Positions 11,220 to 22,552 of a stretch of 64,000 nt of DNA are shown piece by piece. The notes beneath the pieces are model-generated. The model saw nothing but the letters and a program-made list of their open reading frames with translations, was not told the origin of the DNA and ran no database searches. The stretch comes from Lepidodermella squamata (lineage: Eukaryota > Animalia > Gastrotricha): contig JBLDXI010000004.1 of the NCBI GenBank assembly GCA_047495785.1, positions 992,001 through 1,056,000 of the forward strand, written 5' to 3'. A program made the position numbers and the translations under genes. Position 1 is the stretch's first letter, and the number at the start of each line of letters is the position of its first letter.

Positions 11220-14051
11220 TGTTGTACGCCTATGAGGGATGAAAGCTAATGCGGTATAGGCTTAAGCGTATAGAGGATGACTTGAAAGCTTAAGTTTATG
11301 AGGCATCGAGGTTTTGTCGCTCTTAATCCCCTCTCACGCTAATTTAAGGAGGTATGACGCATAGGCTTACGATATAAAGGTAGGTGTTTACTCTGCGCGC
11401 GCGATCTGTGCGCGGCGCGGTGGGCGGCTACCGCGCGGTATGGTTTGGATTTTCCTGGTGTTTTTTAAACCTGGTAAGTAACCTGGAAATGTCAAACGAG
11501 GATATAATAAGGGCCACAGTCAATGGGTAAAACAACCAAAGTTATCAGCTCATTTGTTGCTATAAAATCAGCTTTGAAATGCCTAAAATTATTGCGCCGG
11601 CCGACAAGGCCGAGCTGGAAAAGATGAAACTTGCCGTCGCGACAGTTGACCGAACTACGATCGAAGGTGTCACGGCGAGGCAAAAGTCAAAATGGAAGGC
11701 GGCGTTCATCGTTATGGACGGCGTGCTCCATAGCCGAAAAGCGTTGAGCGATAACAAGCGCAACAGCCGTATCATTGTCCTGGACGAAATCCCACAGCTT
11801 TTCGAAAAATTTCATAGCGAATGCGGGCATCCTGGTGAAAGCGCGACTGTGGGCAAGTTCCGAGAAATATTCTACGAGGTGCCGGAGGAACTGGTGTGCA
11901 GGCTGGTAAAGGAGTGCGCGATTTGTGCCCAAGACCGGGTTCTGCCCAAGCCTCCCGTCGGCAAGCCCATCATTGCCAAGGGCATTTGGTACCGTGTCGG
12001 AATCGATTTGATCGACATGACCTCGATCCCAATTCGCAACCTGGACGGCAGCGTCAAGTACAGCTGGATCTTCCACCTCCGAGATCACGCCAGCAAGTTT
12101 TCCATTGCGAATTCCCTTCCAACCAAGGTATTTAATTACCAAGTTCGTGTAATTTGATTTAACTTTAAATTAATTAGGAAATGGAAAACGTCGCTGAAGC
12201 TGTGCGCAATATTTTCTTTACTTTCGGGTCCCCTCGAATCCTACAGCACGACTGCGGCACAGAGTTTACTGGGTCTGCGCTGCCCGAAATGATTGCCCGC
12301 GATTTCCCCCAGGTCATTATAATCCGATCTCGACCTCGCCACCCGCAATCCAACGGCCTTATCGAAGCTGGAAACAAGAAATTAGAAAAACGACTCGCCG
12401 CCCAAATGCGCCAGGAGAACATCAACGACTGGGCCATGTTGTTGCCGAAAGTTGTTTACAACATGAACGAGGAGAAAAACCGTGTCACAGGTGATCTGCG
12501 CGTTTTTTGCTAATAAATTCGCTAATTGTTTCTTTTCAGGTAACAAGAAAAACGTTGGCATGTCGCCTTTTGAGATGATGTTTCAGCGCCGTGTTTCATT
12601 TGCGATTGACCAAACGCCAGTTCAAGACGCCGATCTCGTGCCTGTTGACGTTGAAGAGTTGTTTGGCGATGATGAACAACCAGCTGAACAACAAGAGCAG
12701 CAGCAGCAGCAGCAAGCGGTTGGTGCAATTTCAACCAATCAGGGTTCAGTTGCGTGCGCTCTCTCGACAAGCAGTGCGGTCGACGCGGCGCCGCTTTCAA
12801 GCCACTCGCATGACTCACTCACGCCGTCTGCGAATCAGTTTATCGCTCCGCCCCCACCAGGTTACGGCGACGAGAACGACGACGAGCTATTGGCTGGCTT
12901 CGGTCCTTCTGCGCCCAATCAGCCGGTTCCGGTGCTCTCAGCCAATTTGCTGCACGCTACCTCGTCAGTGCCGCCGTCGAAGCTAATTGAAATGGTACCT
13001 GAGGAAGCGCCGCCGTCTTCCATCGTCGTATCGAATCAATACCATCTCCTGTATGCTCGGCAAGGCAATGATCTTCATACTGTTGCTGTTGCTCTCAAAA
13101 GTGCCGACAGCCGACTGCCTGATCGCAAGCTGGCTACAGACGAGGCTGTATTCGAAATCGTAATAATTCTTAACGATGCCTATCGCCAGGAAATGAAAAT
13201 CGGCATGAAGACGGCGTGGAAAATCGAATTCACCTCGGATGGCCTTGGTTGTACACCAGAAGCTGTTGCCAGCCGGGCTCCAGCCCATCTCGCCTACTTG
13301 AAGGACGGCATGGACCGCGGCGACCGTTATCGCGATCTAGTGGCCGAACGTCGCCAGTTGGCTGTAGGCGATCATGTTTTGATGCCTATTGCTAGGACCG
13401 ACAGGTCAAACATGTGCCCTCGCAATTTGGAGTGTCGCGTCAACAGAGTTCAAGGCGATTTCGTCGAACTTGCCACGCCCGCTGGAGTTCTTCAAACAAA
13501 ATTTCCTCAAGAACAGGTAGCTTATCTCGCTAATTAGTGAGCAATCAGTTGATTAATTTCATTATTTCTAATTACAGCTGACCCTGATGAAAACACCGAC
13601 CGTCTCGTTTTGTGCTCCCGATACCAGAATACCCCTTGTTAGCGCGCTTCGCCAGAACACTACCTACGGTTCCGATCCCTCTATCTGCAACTGCAAATCT
13701 AGAACGTGCAAATCGCATTGTAAATGTTTTAAGGCTGGGTTGAAATGCTCTTCTAAATGCCATGGTGGCAAGCCTTGTCAAAATCCCAAATAATCGCGTG
13801 TTTTACAGCGTTTTTTAGCTTTCCTTTCCTATTGATTTGTACGTCAATTGGACAGTGAACAAAACTTAATACTTGATACCCTAAAGGCTTAACCTAATGT
13901 GTCATACTCTATAAGCTTAAGTGGCGGCTGTGCTTACGCGGCGTAATGCGGTATTTCAATGACTATACCCGATAAAAGTGCGCCTATGAGTCATCTCGCA
14001 TAGGCTTAAGCCTATACCGCATTAGCTGAAATACCTTATAGGCGTACAACA
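11220..14051 (+). mobile_element. Ginger/TDD-type DNA transposon (Gypsy-like integrase with TIRs)
   Basis: TIRs TGTTGTACGCCTAT...ATAGGCGTACAACA, 4-bp TSD TATA (11216-11219, 14052-14055); no gag, RT or LTRs. Confidence 0.88.
11579..13793 (+). CDS. Integrase-type DDE transposase with H2C2 zinc site and C-terminal Cys-rich domain; 4 exons
   Basis: Exons 11579-12127, 12178-12490, 12540-13516, 13578-13793 join in frame; HSECGH..CAIC, IDLIDM, DHASKF, QHDCGTEF, HPQSNGLIE, CNCKSRTCKSHCKCFKAGLKCSSKCH. Confidence 0.9.
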
Positions 14052-14528
14052 TATACTTGGCCTAGGGGTGTATGCAAGAAAGCTGACTGATTGCTCGCTT
14101 CTTATGCGAAATAGTAGACAAGAAGGGCAGCAAAACAACGCTTCTGCCAGCTTCTGCTGCCCGAGAAAAAAATTACGCCGCTCGCAAACATATGAATACT
14201 ACACGGCTGCGCTCATACATGGGCTTTTGATAAAGTTCCCTTATAGGGCAAAAGGAGCAATATGTCGGGGTACCCATGGGACATCGTTAGCGTCGAGTAA
14301 TAACTCGGATTTAAGGTTGTTATGTTAGGTTTAGGATATAGATGGCAATTAACAAAGTCACTCGTCACTTGTTTTGCTGCGTTATTCACGTATGTCACCT
14401 TTCATGTCAAAGCGGAATTTAACAAGCTGGAATCCGAGTAATTCAACGACGATAACGGCATAATTTGATTTTCCAATGCATCATGTTTTTTCAATATAAA
14501 AGGCTTGCATTTTTCATAATGGACAAAA

Positions 14529-14876
14529 ATGCGGCAATACCTAATTTTTGCTTCAATATCGACCTACATTTATGTGTCATCGGCGGCTCTATTTTTTTTG
14601 TATGATATGAATGAAGATGCTGTTGCTGTTGAGGCTCTGGCTGCACCTGATCACAACGCAGCAATGTCATGGAGTAAGCTGGCGATAATCGAAGGAGCCA
14701 TGCGGACAAACGTGGACCTGTCACGCAGAACCTACAATAGGCAGAAACAGCGAGGACAAGGCAGAATGCAGAAGGCGGCATCTTCACAAAAAGGCAAGCA
14801 GACTCTGGCTACACGACGTGGCAAAACTCATCACAGTGGAAGGATTATTGTCAAAGAATCTCTGCTCTCGAAATGA
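14529..14876 (+). CDS. Small putative secreted precursor (signal, acidic pro-segment, cationic tail)
   Basis: TATAAAA at ~14495; hydrophobic N-terminus; similar to 27917-28321 (AALFFLYDMNEDAVAVE vs AALGLLYDLNSETTPVE). Confidence 0.6.
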   Translation: MRQYLIFASISTYIYVSSAALFFLYDMNEDAVAVEALAAPDHNAAMSWSKLAIIEGAMRTNVDLSRRTYNRQKQRGQGRMQKAASSQKGKQTLATRRGKTHHSGRIIVKESLLSK

Positions 14877-15484
14877 GTAAAGAAATTCGGGAGTTGTCAT
14901 TTTTCTCTAACATTATCGATATGTAGCCCGAAAAAAGTTGAAGGACCCGAGTCATCTATAGGAAAAAGTTGGCTAGTCACATATGGTCACATATATAAAT
15001 TCATCAATTAGCACTAACACCTTTTTAATACCGGAACACGTCCGAATTTCGATTTTAACTTGGATTAATTGGTTTATCGTTTATGAAAAATCTCCAGTTA
15101 TTTATAATAAAATATCGTAAATAGTCAGTTTCGCGCGTTTAACCTTGACTGTGAAACAATTCTTCTCAGTTAGACGCACATTTACGGATCCGCGGTGGTT
15201 TCCTCCGGCCACTAAAAGGTCGTGAAAGGCTATTTTTCCATAACAATTATTTGCTCGCACGCTATTGGTCGATTCAAAAATAAACGCGGGAACAGCACTA
15301 ATCCCACTGCGGAACAAAACAACCGTCGACTTGGCAGATTTGTTGCTTGTGGCTAATAGTCAAGACTGACGCAAATATTAAGAGCCACATTCTCACAAAC
15401 TGTAAAAAATTACACCACAAAGAAATCAAAAATAAATTTAGGAAGAATTGCGAAAATTTAGCAATAAATATTTGGAGAACATGA

Positions 15485-18069
15485 CCCGGACTAAAAGGTT
15501 TCATGTTGTAAACTCGTGTAAATGGGCTGAAAACACGTCCGTGTATTTTGCTGTAAAATCAGGGAGAAATGGTAACGAGTCCTATGAATTTACATGATCA
15601 TTTTATTGATTCAGCTCACACGAATTTACATTTAGACCATAATTGGCCGCCGTTCGCCCTGCGCTTCCACGGAATTACACGGAGTTGTGAGTCTGGCTGA
15701 TTTCGCCGGAAACGCTGGAAAAACCTGTCTTGACTTGCTTCTCCCAGCTGAATCGTCAAACTTAAGTTTCCAACGACATTTCGCCGTTGTAAACTCATGT
15801 AAGAAGATTCTGCCGAGAAAAGCAAGTCAAGACAAGTTTTTCCAGCGTTTCCGGCGAAATCAACCAGACTCACAACTCCGTGTAATTCCGTGGAAGCGCA
15901 GGGAGATTGGCTCAACAATATAGCATTTTTCACACAGAATCGCAAATTAGGCACAAAAAATCACACGGAAAACATCGTGTAATTCCGTGTAAGCACATGC
16001 AGAGCAGCGCAGAAAAAACAATTTTCACACAAAATTCACAAAAATGAGAAAAAATCGAGAAAAATGGTGTGATAAGCAGAGAATTGGCAACATGAGAACA
16101 GCAAGAGAATATGGCATTTTTCGAAAGAAAACGACGATATTCACAGCAAAGGCAATTTGCATGAAAATTTCAAATTCAATGATAATTCGCAAAAAGCCCA
16201 AAAAATCGTTTTTTTATTGTCTTTCTTCGGTGCATTTTTGCGCCTAACTGCGACTCATTTGGCTTTCCCGGAACAGCCAGAATTCAGCCTAAAATGAACA
16301 GCTTCAGTCCGAGGTTGCTACAGAATTCAGCTGAAAATAACGAAAAATGTAGCTGTAGTAGAAACGTGAGATCGAAGTTTGGGTGTCTTCAACTTTCCCC
16401 ATGCAAGTTTCCCTATGCAAGTTTACCAATGCGCGGAATTAATTAGTGTGATAAGTACTGGAGTTCGCGTGCCTAATCCTCATGTTGACACGCGCTTGCT
16501 GAAGCAAAATGTTGCATCAAAATGCAAGTTTACCCCGCGCTAAGCCAGAAAACACGTGCCGATTTGGAATATGTTTCCGACCGCGCAAGTCGATTTTTAA
16601 ACATTTTTCCTGAAACACGATTTACTCACTATTTGTAAACAGTTTTAATACACCTTTTATAAATAATGATTCGAAGCAAGCCTGATAAATTATTAGTTAA
16701 ATGCGACAAGTGCAAACGCGGTTTTCGCGATGCTCGAGGCTTAGCTCAGCATAACCGAGGTAAAAAGTGTGTTTCATCGCCTGCTAAAAATCGCGCACGA
16801 ACTGCCGCCTCGCCGCCATCGTCTACGGATGACTACCAGGTGTACTACCGCGATATGCCGGGGGGAACCCCCATACTGTCACCGTTTGTGAGTGGACAAG
16901 TTGTTTGTTTGTTTGTATGTCGCCAGTGTGCGCACAGTCTATGCACGCCTTTCGCGCACGCTTTAAATTACCTACGTTTGGTTTTTGGATCTAAAACTAG
17001 GCGATTGCTTATATTCTTGCGTGGTTGTATGACAATTGAGCAACGACAATTCGGCAATTCGGCAATATTTTGTTATTCGATCGAAAACGACAACTCGAAA
17101 CTCGACAAACGCCTAATGGGCACTGGGGTGTCGCGACACCCCAGCACCTCTGTACTTCGCACCCTGCTCCGCTCGCATAGCCTTTTTACTAATATTATTG
17201 CTCAATGCAGGACATAACATTTTGTCCCGTTCTCGGACTTAATCACTCTTTCTCAAACGTGAATTTATTCCTGCCGTTTCCCAATATCCAGTGATTTTCA
17301 TCATATCGAGTTGTCGTTTTGCCGAATTGGAGACGTTGAATAGCCGCTTGCTCCATTGTCGCCACACCTCTTTCTTCCGCTGTCGTGCGTTGTCCGTCGA
17401 TGTTGCTCACGAGTTACTCGATACGTTTTTGAATCCCATTAAGCCGTTGAACGAGTCTATCGCCCTTGAGCTCTAAGACTGCCATCACGGGAAGTTTGTC
17501 GCGTCCGAAAACGTTATGCAACGAACTGACCTAACAAACTCTCTTTAACTCCCAGAACCGCCGAGTCCTCCGTTCTCCGGTGCGTGGTAGCCGATAATGT
17601 GCGTCGCCTTCACTAGAAAAAAAATCCGGTTTATTAGCTCAAAAGCCCTCAAAATGCTCTTGCTAATAAACCCGTCGCCAAAGGGTTTATTAGCTATGTT
17701 TAGCTAAATATCCAGCTGAATAGCCATAATTTGATTGCGCAACAATGAAAAATAAGCTATTTAGCTGGATATTTAGCTAAACATAGCTAATAAACCCTTT
17801 GGCGACGGGTTTATTAGCAAGAGCATTTTGAGGGCTTGAAATAACTGAAAGACGAAAATCCATGAGTTTACATGACCGAATTTCAGGGTTTACACGAATT
17901 TCCATGAGTTTCCTCGGCCGAAAAACGACAAACCCTGTTTTACAACGCTGAATTCGGATCGCTGAGCTGGCTCCTGATGCTGCTTACATGAAAACAACCG
18001 AATAAAGTGCAAAAAACAGGAAAATACAGGAGTTTACAATGGTAATTTACTCAAAATTTTTTGTCCGGG
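15485..18069. mobile_element. Non-autonomous CMC/EnSpm-like element (CCCGGAC termini, 2-bp GA TSD), short copy with cargo
   Basis: CCCGGACTAAAAGG...TTTTTTGTCCGGG flanked by GA; arms match the ends of 39944-54573 in opposite orientation; internal hairpins ~15657-15903 and ~17643-17838; C2H2-like CDKCKRGFRDARGLAQH fragment at ~16700. Confidence 0.75.
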
Positions 18070-18333
18070 GAGTTAAGCCTTCGATTTACAAGAAATTTAA
18101 ACCACTTTGATGCAAAAAATGTCACGCCTTTGCATTTTGCAAAATCATAAAAATTACCTAATAGCCATTTACTGTTTTGAAATCGATAGTCTCCACTTTA
18201 GTTTTAATTTGCAATTGATTGGCGGAAAAGGCTACCCCTATTTTTTAATTTCCAAGGCTAAATTTTATCGTTCATTTTTCTCGAAATAACGAGCTGGCTG
18301 CAAGCCATTCATAAATTCTTGTTGTATAGTGAC

Positions 18334-19397
18334 CATAGAGCTGATAGAGTGCTCACTCGCCATCAAAAACACGGAACGCCATGGGGGCCATATGGCAGGG
18401 GATTAACTCATTGTCCTGGAGTAAGAAACTGAACTAATTACAAATCGATCGATCACATAAATCGCTGGCGCCAGCGCTTCGATTATCGGTTCCATGGCCG
18501 AGCGTTTGGTCATCGAAAGAGTAAGAGACAGCCGATTTTATTATACCACATTTACAAAGGTAGCTATCTTAGAAGTGGTGGTAAGGCGACCGAGAAGTCG
18601 GCTTCCCTTATCATCCTTGACCATTTGAGGTGGTCCACACCTGAAAGTAAGGTGAAATTGAACGACCTTTTGAAGCCAAGTTATTCATCAGGCCGAGGCG
18701 ATCGTTTTGGTACCGGATTTAGATCTGGAACCCCCATATTTTGATGGGTACACATTTTCACAGTAAATTCGCCCTTTAAAAGCACTGTTTTGATTCAAAA
18801 ATCTTTATTTTGTGCGAGTGAACGAGCATGAGTCATCAAAACGCTTGTTTCAAATTAAGCTTAGCGCAAAAAAACTAAGTCTCAATAATTACGCAACATT
18901 TTTTTCCTTTAAATCACTCAGTAAAAACTGCGAAAACAGCAAACAAAGTGGTTTTTAAGGGTGAATTAACTTAAACATTTATACCGATTAAAATATGGGG
19001 GTTCCAGATCTAAATCAGGTGCCAAAATGATCGATTCGGCCTGATGCATAACTTGGCTTCAAAAGGTCGTTCAATTTCACCTTAGATCCAGGTGTGGACT
19101 ACCTCAGAGGTAAATGGTCGAAAGTGGACGTTGACTTCTCGGTCGCCTATTGGCCACTTCTAAATATGCTAACCGGGCAAATTTAGTGTCAAAATATCGG
19201 CCGTCCCTCGGTTTAGCGATGACCCAAAGCCCGACGTTGTAACCGATAATCGAAGCGCTGGCGCCAGCGATTTATGAGATCGATCGATTTGTAATTAGTT
19301 CAGTTTCTTACTCCAGGACAATTAGTTAATCCACTGCCATATGGCCCCATTGCGTTCCGTGTTTTTGATGGCGAGTGAGCACTCTATCAGCTCTATG
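18334..19397. mobile_element. P-element-type foldback MITE
   Basis: CATAGAGCTGATAGAGTG...CACTCTATCAGCTCTATG termini, inverted symmetry over >400 bp, perfect 8-bp TSD ATAGTGAC (18326-18333, 19398-19405). Confidence 0.85.
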
Positions 19398-20119
19398 ATA
19401 GTGACCTAATTAATTATTGTGTGGAAATGGTTGTGTGTTGCATAGTTTTATTGCTATGTGATATTAGTACTGCAGGAAAAAACTATGGCCAAAAGAGCGC
19501 GAATGAACGTAAACTGCCATACTGTAATAATGACAAGGAATGCTCACGCTCAAAGATCGAACCCGTGGCGAAGACGTCTTTCGAAAGACGTCGATTGATT
19601 TTGACATGCCACTTTTAAAAAGGCTTACATGGGTTCATTCTTACTTTTCAGTTATTTTTTTGTTGCGTTTTGTTCAAATGAGTGTGAAATACCTACTCGA
19701 ATCGAATAAAATCAAGTTAACTGCAAAGAAAAAGAGATATCTGCGTTTTTAGATGGATTTAATTAGTGTTGCTTCAACTATACGTTGCTGTGTGTCCCCG
19801 GTGGCTGGACCCAATGTCTGCGTCCCTAACACGGACGGTTGATCTTGTTCAGATTTCCCTCGTTGAAGTGTTGGACAAAATGGACGTTTTCCCAGGTTTT
19901 TAGCGCAGAAATTTGTATTTAGTCCAACATTTTGTCCAGCACCTCATTTGGAATACCAAGTTGAATAAGCAAACTGCGATTGTCCAGGAAAGGAGCGTTT
20001 CAACTTCACTATCTAGCTTCGCATTCAAAATAATCTCAACGAAGCGAGATTTTTGTTCAGTTGTCGCATACTAACAGTCTAACCAGAGGGTCCCTAGGTG
20101 GGTTTTTTTTTGTTGCCTT

Positions 20120-20422
20120 TGCTTTTCCTTTGACAGAAGAATTGTTGACGTTTGGAACAGTCTCAATGTCGAGCATGTAAATTGTAGCCTTAATACGTTT
20201 AACATTCATTTATTGTTTTTTGAAGTTGATAATGACCTAGTTTCTTCAGTGAGGCGCCTTACATAATTCATCTATTAGTCCTTTTGAATTTCTGTTTTAT
20301 TTGCTCGGATCACGTAACAAAATGTGTATGTCAAATAAGGACAAATAAAAAATATGTTCGCTTTGTTCGATTTTCGTTCGTATGCGATATAGTAAGTCAT
20401 TAAGAAATAAAAAGGAATAAAT
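20120..20422 (+). mobile_element. CR1/L2-like LINE 3' fragment
   Basis: Translates FSFDRRIVDVWNSL..SLNTF, like the C-terminal end of CR1-type ORF2; A-rich tail. Confidence 0.55.
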
Positions 20423-21150
20423 TGCCTGGGCCTCTCGAGGTGGGGGTACCTCGGGTACCTCCCGTACCTCCCAGTACTACGCACTCTGGAGGAGATGTTC
20501 AAGACTATCTTAACACAGCATCTCGCCGAGCGTTTGTTGCAAATCAATTCTCAGCAGTTTGACGTTCAAACATTTAAATATCGAAATTTCTAGACATCAA
20601 ATTAAATCTTATTAATTACTAAGAATTATTCACAGCGGGTGGCAACCGAGCGGTCATGTCACGGGCCCTTCGAAGCTGCGGCGTCCCATATTACATCTCG
20701 CATGACCACGGATTCGCCTCTTCCAACGCTTCAATACCACATGCCACCCTCCGCTAACTTGAAGAGTCGTAGAAGCAAACAGCTAAATCAGTTATACACT
20801 TGAACAGCTCCCATGACTCACAATTGACCAATTTAGCAACATTTTATAAGATCACCATCACCCATCACAACTTACGATGCAAATTTAATGATGGAATCAG
20901 TCTCTATATTATAGATCCTTCGAATTTTATTCAGAGCTCTAATTTTAAGAGATGGCTTCAACTCGTCATCACGAGTACAGAGATTAGTCATCATCTTAAT
21001 TTTTGGGGAAGGATCCATTGCAATCCATAAACAGATCAAATTAGAAATACTTGTGGATAGTTGTACCTCTCAGCGAAATTTCATGCAAACCCTCAGGGTT
21101 GAATGAGTGGTTCAGATTTTTCAAGTTGTTTCCAATGCGTTTTCCAAGTA

Positions 21151-22552
21151 TCACCGCATTGCGAGAGAAACAACACTATCCAGCTGCGTAGTTGGCTGAC
21201 GTTGAGTGAAAGGGACGCTGAATTTCACAAGCTCATGAAGCGGATATTCGCTCGCCAATCGACCAAATCTGAGCCAAGGATACTTTGTCGACAAAAAGCG
21301 CGACACAGCGGTAATTCTGGCGACATAAACAACCGGAATTACGATTGGCGTCAATAGGAAACATGTGTATAGGATATTGTGTGCAATGATGCGATACTCA
21401 TCAAGTCGCCTAGAGCCGTCCGAAGTTTTGACTAAATAGGTCATTACGATTTCGTGGATGACAAACGGCATCCAGCATACAGTGAATGCTGACAGCGTAA
21501 GCACCGTTGTTTTGCTCAATTTCGCTAATCTCGCCCTGGTGCGTCCACTCGACCGGCGGATAACCCGCCGGAAGCTCAAGTGGCAGATGGTTATAAAAGC
21601 CATAGCTAGCAACGAGATGATCATAACCAGAAACTCGAAAGAGTTTTCGTATAAACCATACGAGAAATTGGAGCACCAGTTCCAGTTACTGGAAACTAAC
21701 ATATTTTGATCATCCACGGCCAGAAATGAATTAAGGTAAAGATCAAGCAAGGAATCTATCGAAGTATTCAAGTGGCAGGCTTCTGGCAGGTCAGACGTGA
21801 ATGCGTTCAGATAAGAATTGAAAGACGAGACGTTGCTGAGATCGATGAAAAATACCCCGTGATTGAAACTGTTCACGATAGCAATGGGTTCTTGAACTCG
21901 AGCCGAGGCCGTCCCCAATATCGTCTGGTCGCAATTCTTATACCCAACAGCAATCAGAGCCTGTTGTGGCCGTGGCAACTGTGATTCCATATTCGCAATG
22001 GGTAGTATCACCTCGAATAGCCCATGACCAATTATAGCTGCTGGCAAATAGATAATCAGAGATGTGTTAGGATTTGATTAAGTCTTACTCATTAAAACAA
22101 CTCCTATCGAAACGAGAAACGGAGCCTTTTTCACAATAAAGTGATTCGTAGCGTTTTTATAGGCATGTGGATGTACCTGGTTAGAAAAATGGTTCTTGTA
22201 ATGTAAAGTAGGGCTTCAAAGAATTACTCACGATTCCTATGAAATGGTCTGCAAACATTCCGCAGAGATTGAGCAGAAAAGACAGATAACCAGCCATTTC
22301 GAGGCTATGCTCCATCCTATGAGCACATTTGTTCGCTTTAGCGTCGATATCGAAGAACCAGAACGATGCCGATCTAGCTAAGGACACCGCTCTCATGGCG
22401 CAGATGTAGATCCCTGAGGCCAGAAGGCTCCCTAGGAACAGCCTGTAGTTCCGCCGGCGGATTTCTCCCTTGACAACGCCTTCCATCGCGAAGGAATTAA
22501 TAACTATAGCTATGACGAGGGTAACAACTTCCGCTACAGCTTTGTATGCCAT
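21151..22552 (-). CDS. Rhodopsin-family (class A-like) GPCR, 3 exons
   Basis: Exons 22552-22232, 22176-22089, 22040-21151 join in frame; DHFIGIVHPHAY (DRY..P..Y variant), TM6 FTVCWMPF, TM7 IPVVY; seven hydrophobic segments. Confidence 0.88.

Noticed and set aside
15616-15954. Repeated ORFs with DFAGNAGKTCLDLL (also 53941-54459, 54080-54370)
   Set aside because: They arise on both strands of the same subterminal palindrome and have no protein-like features.
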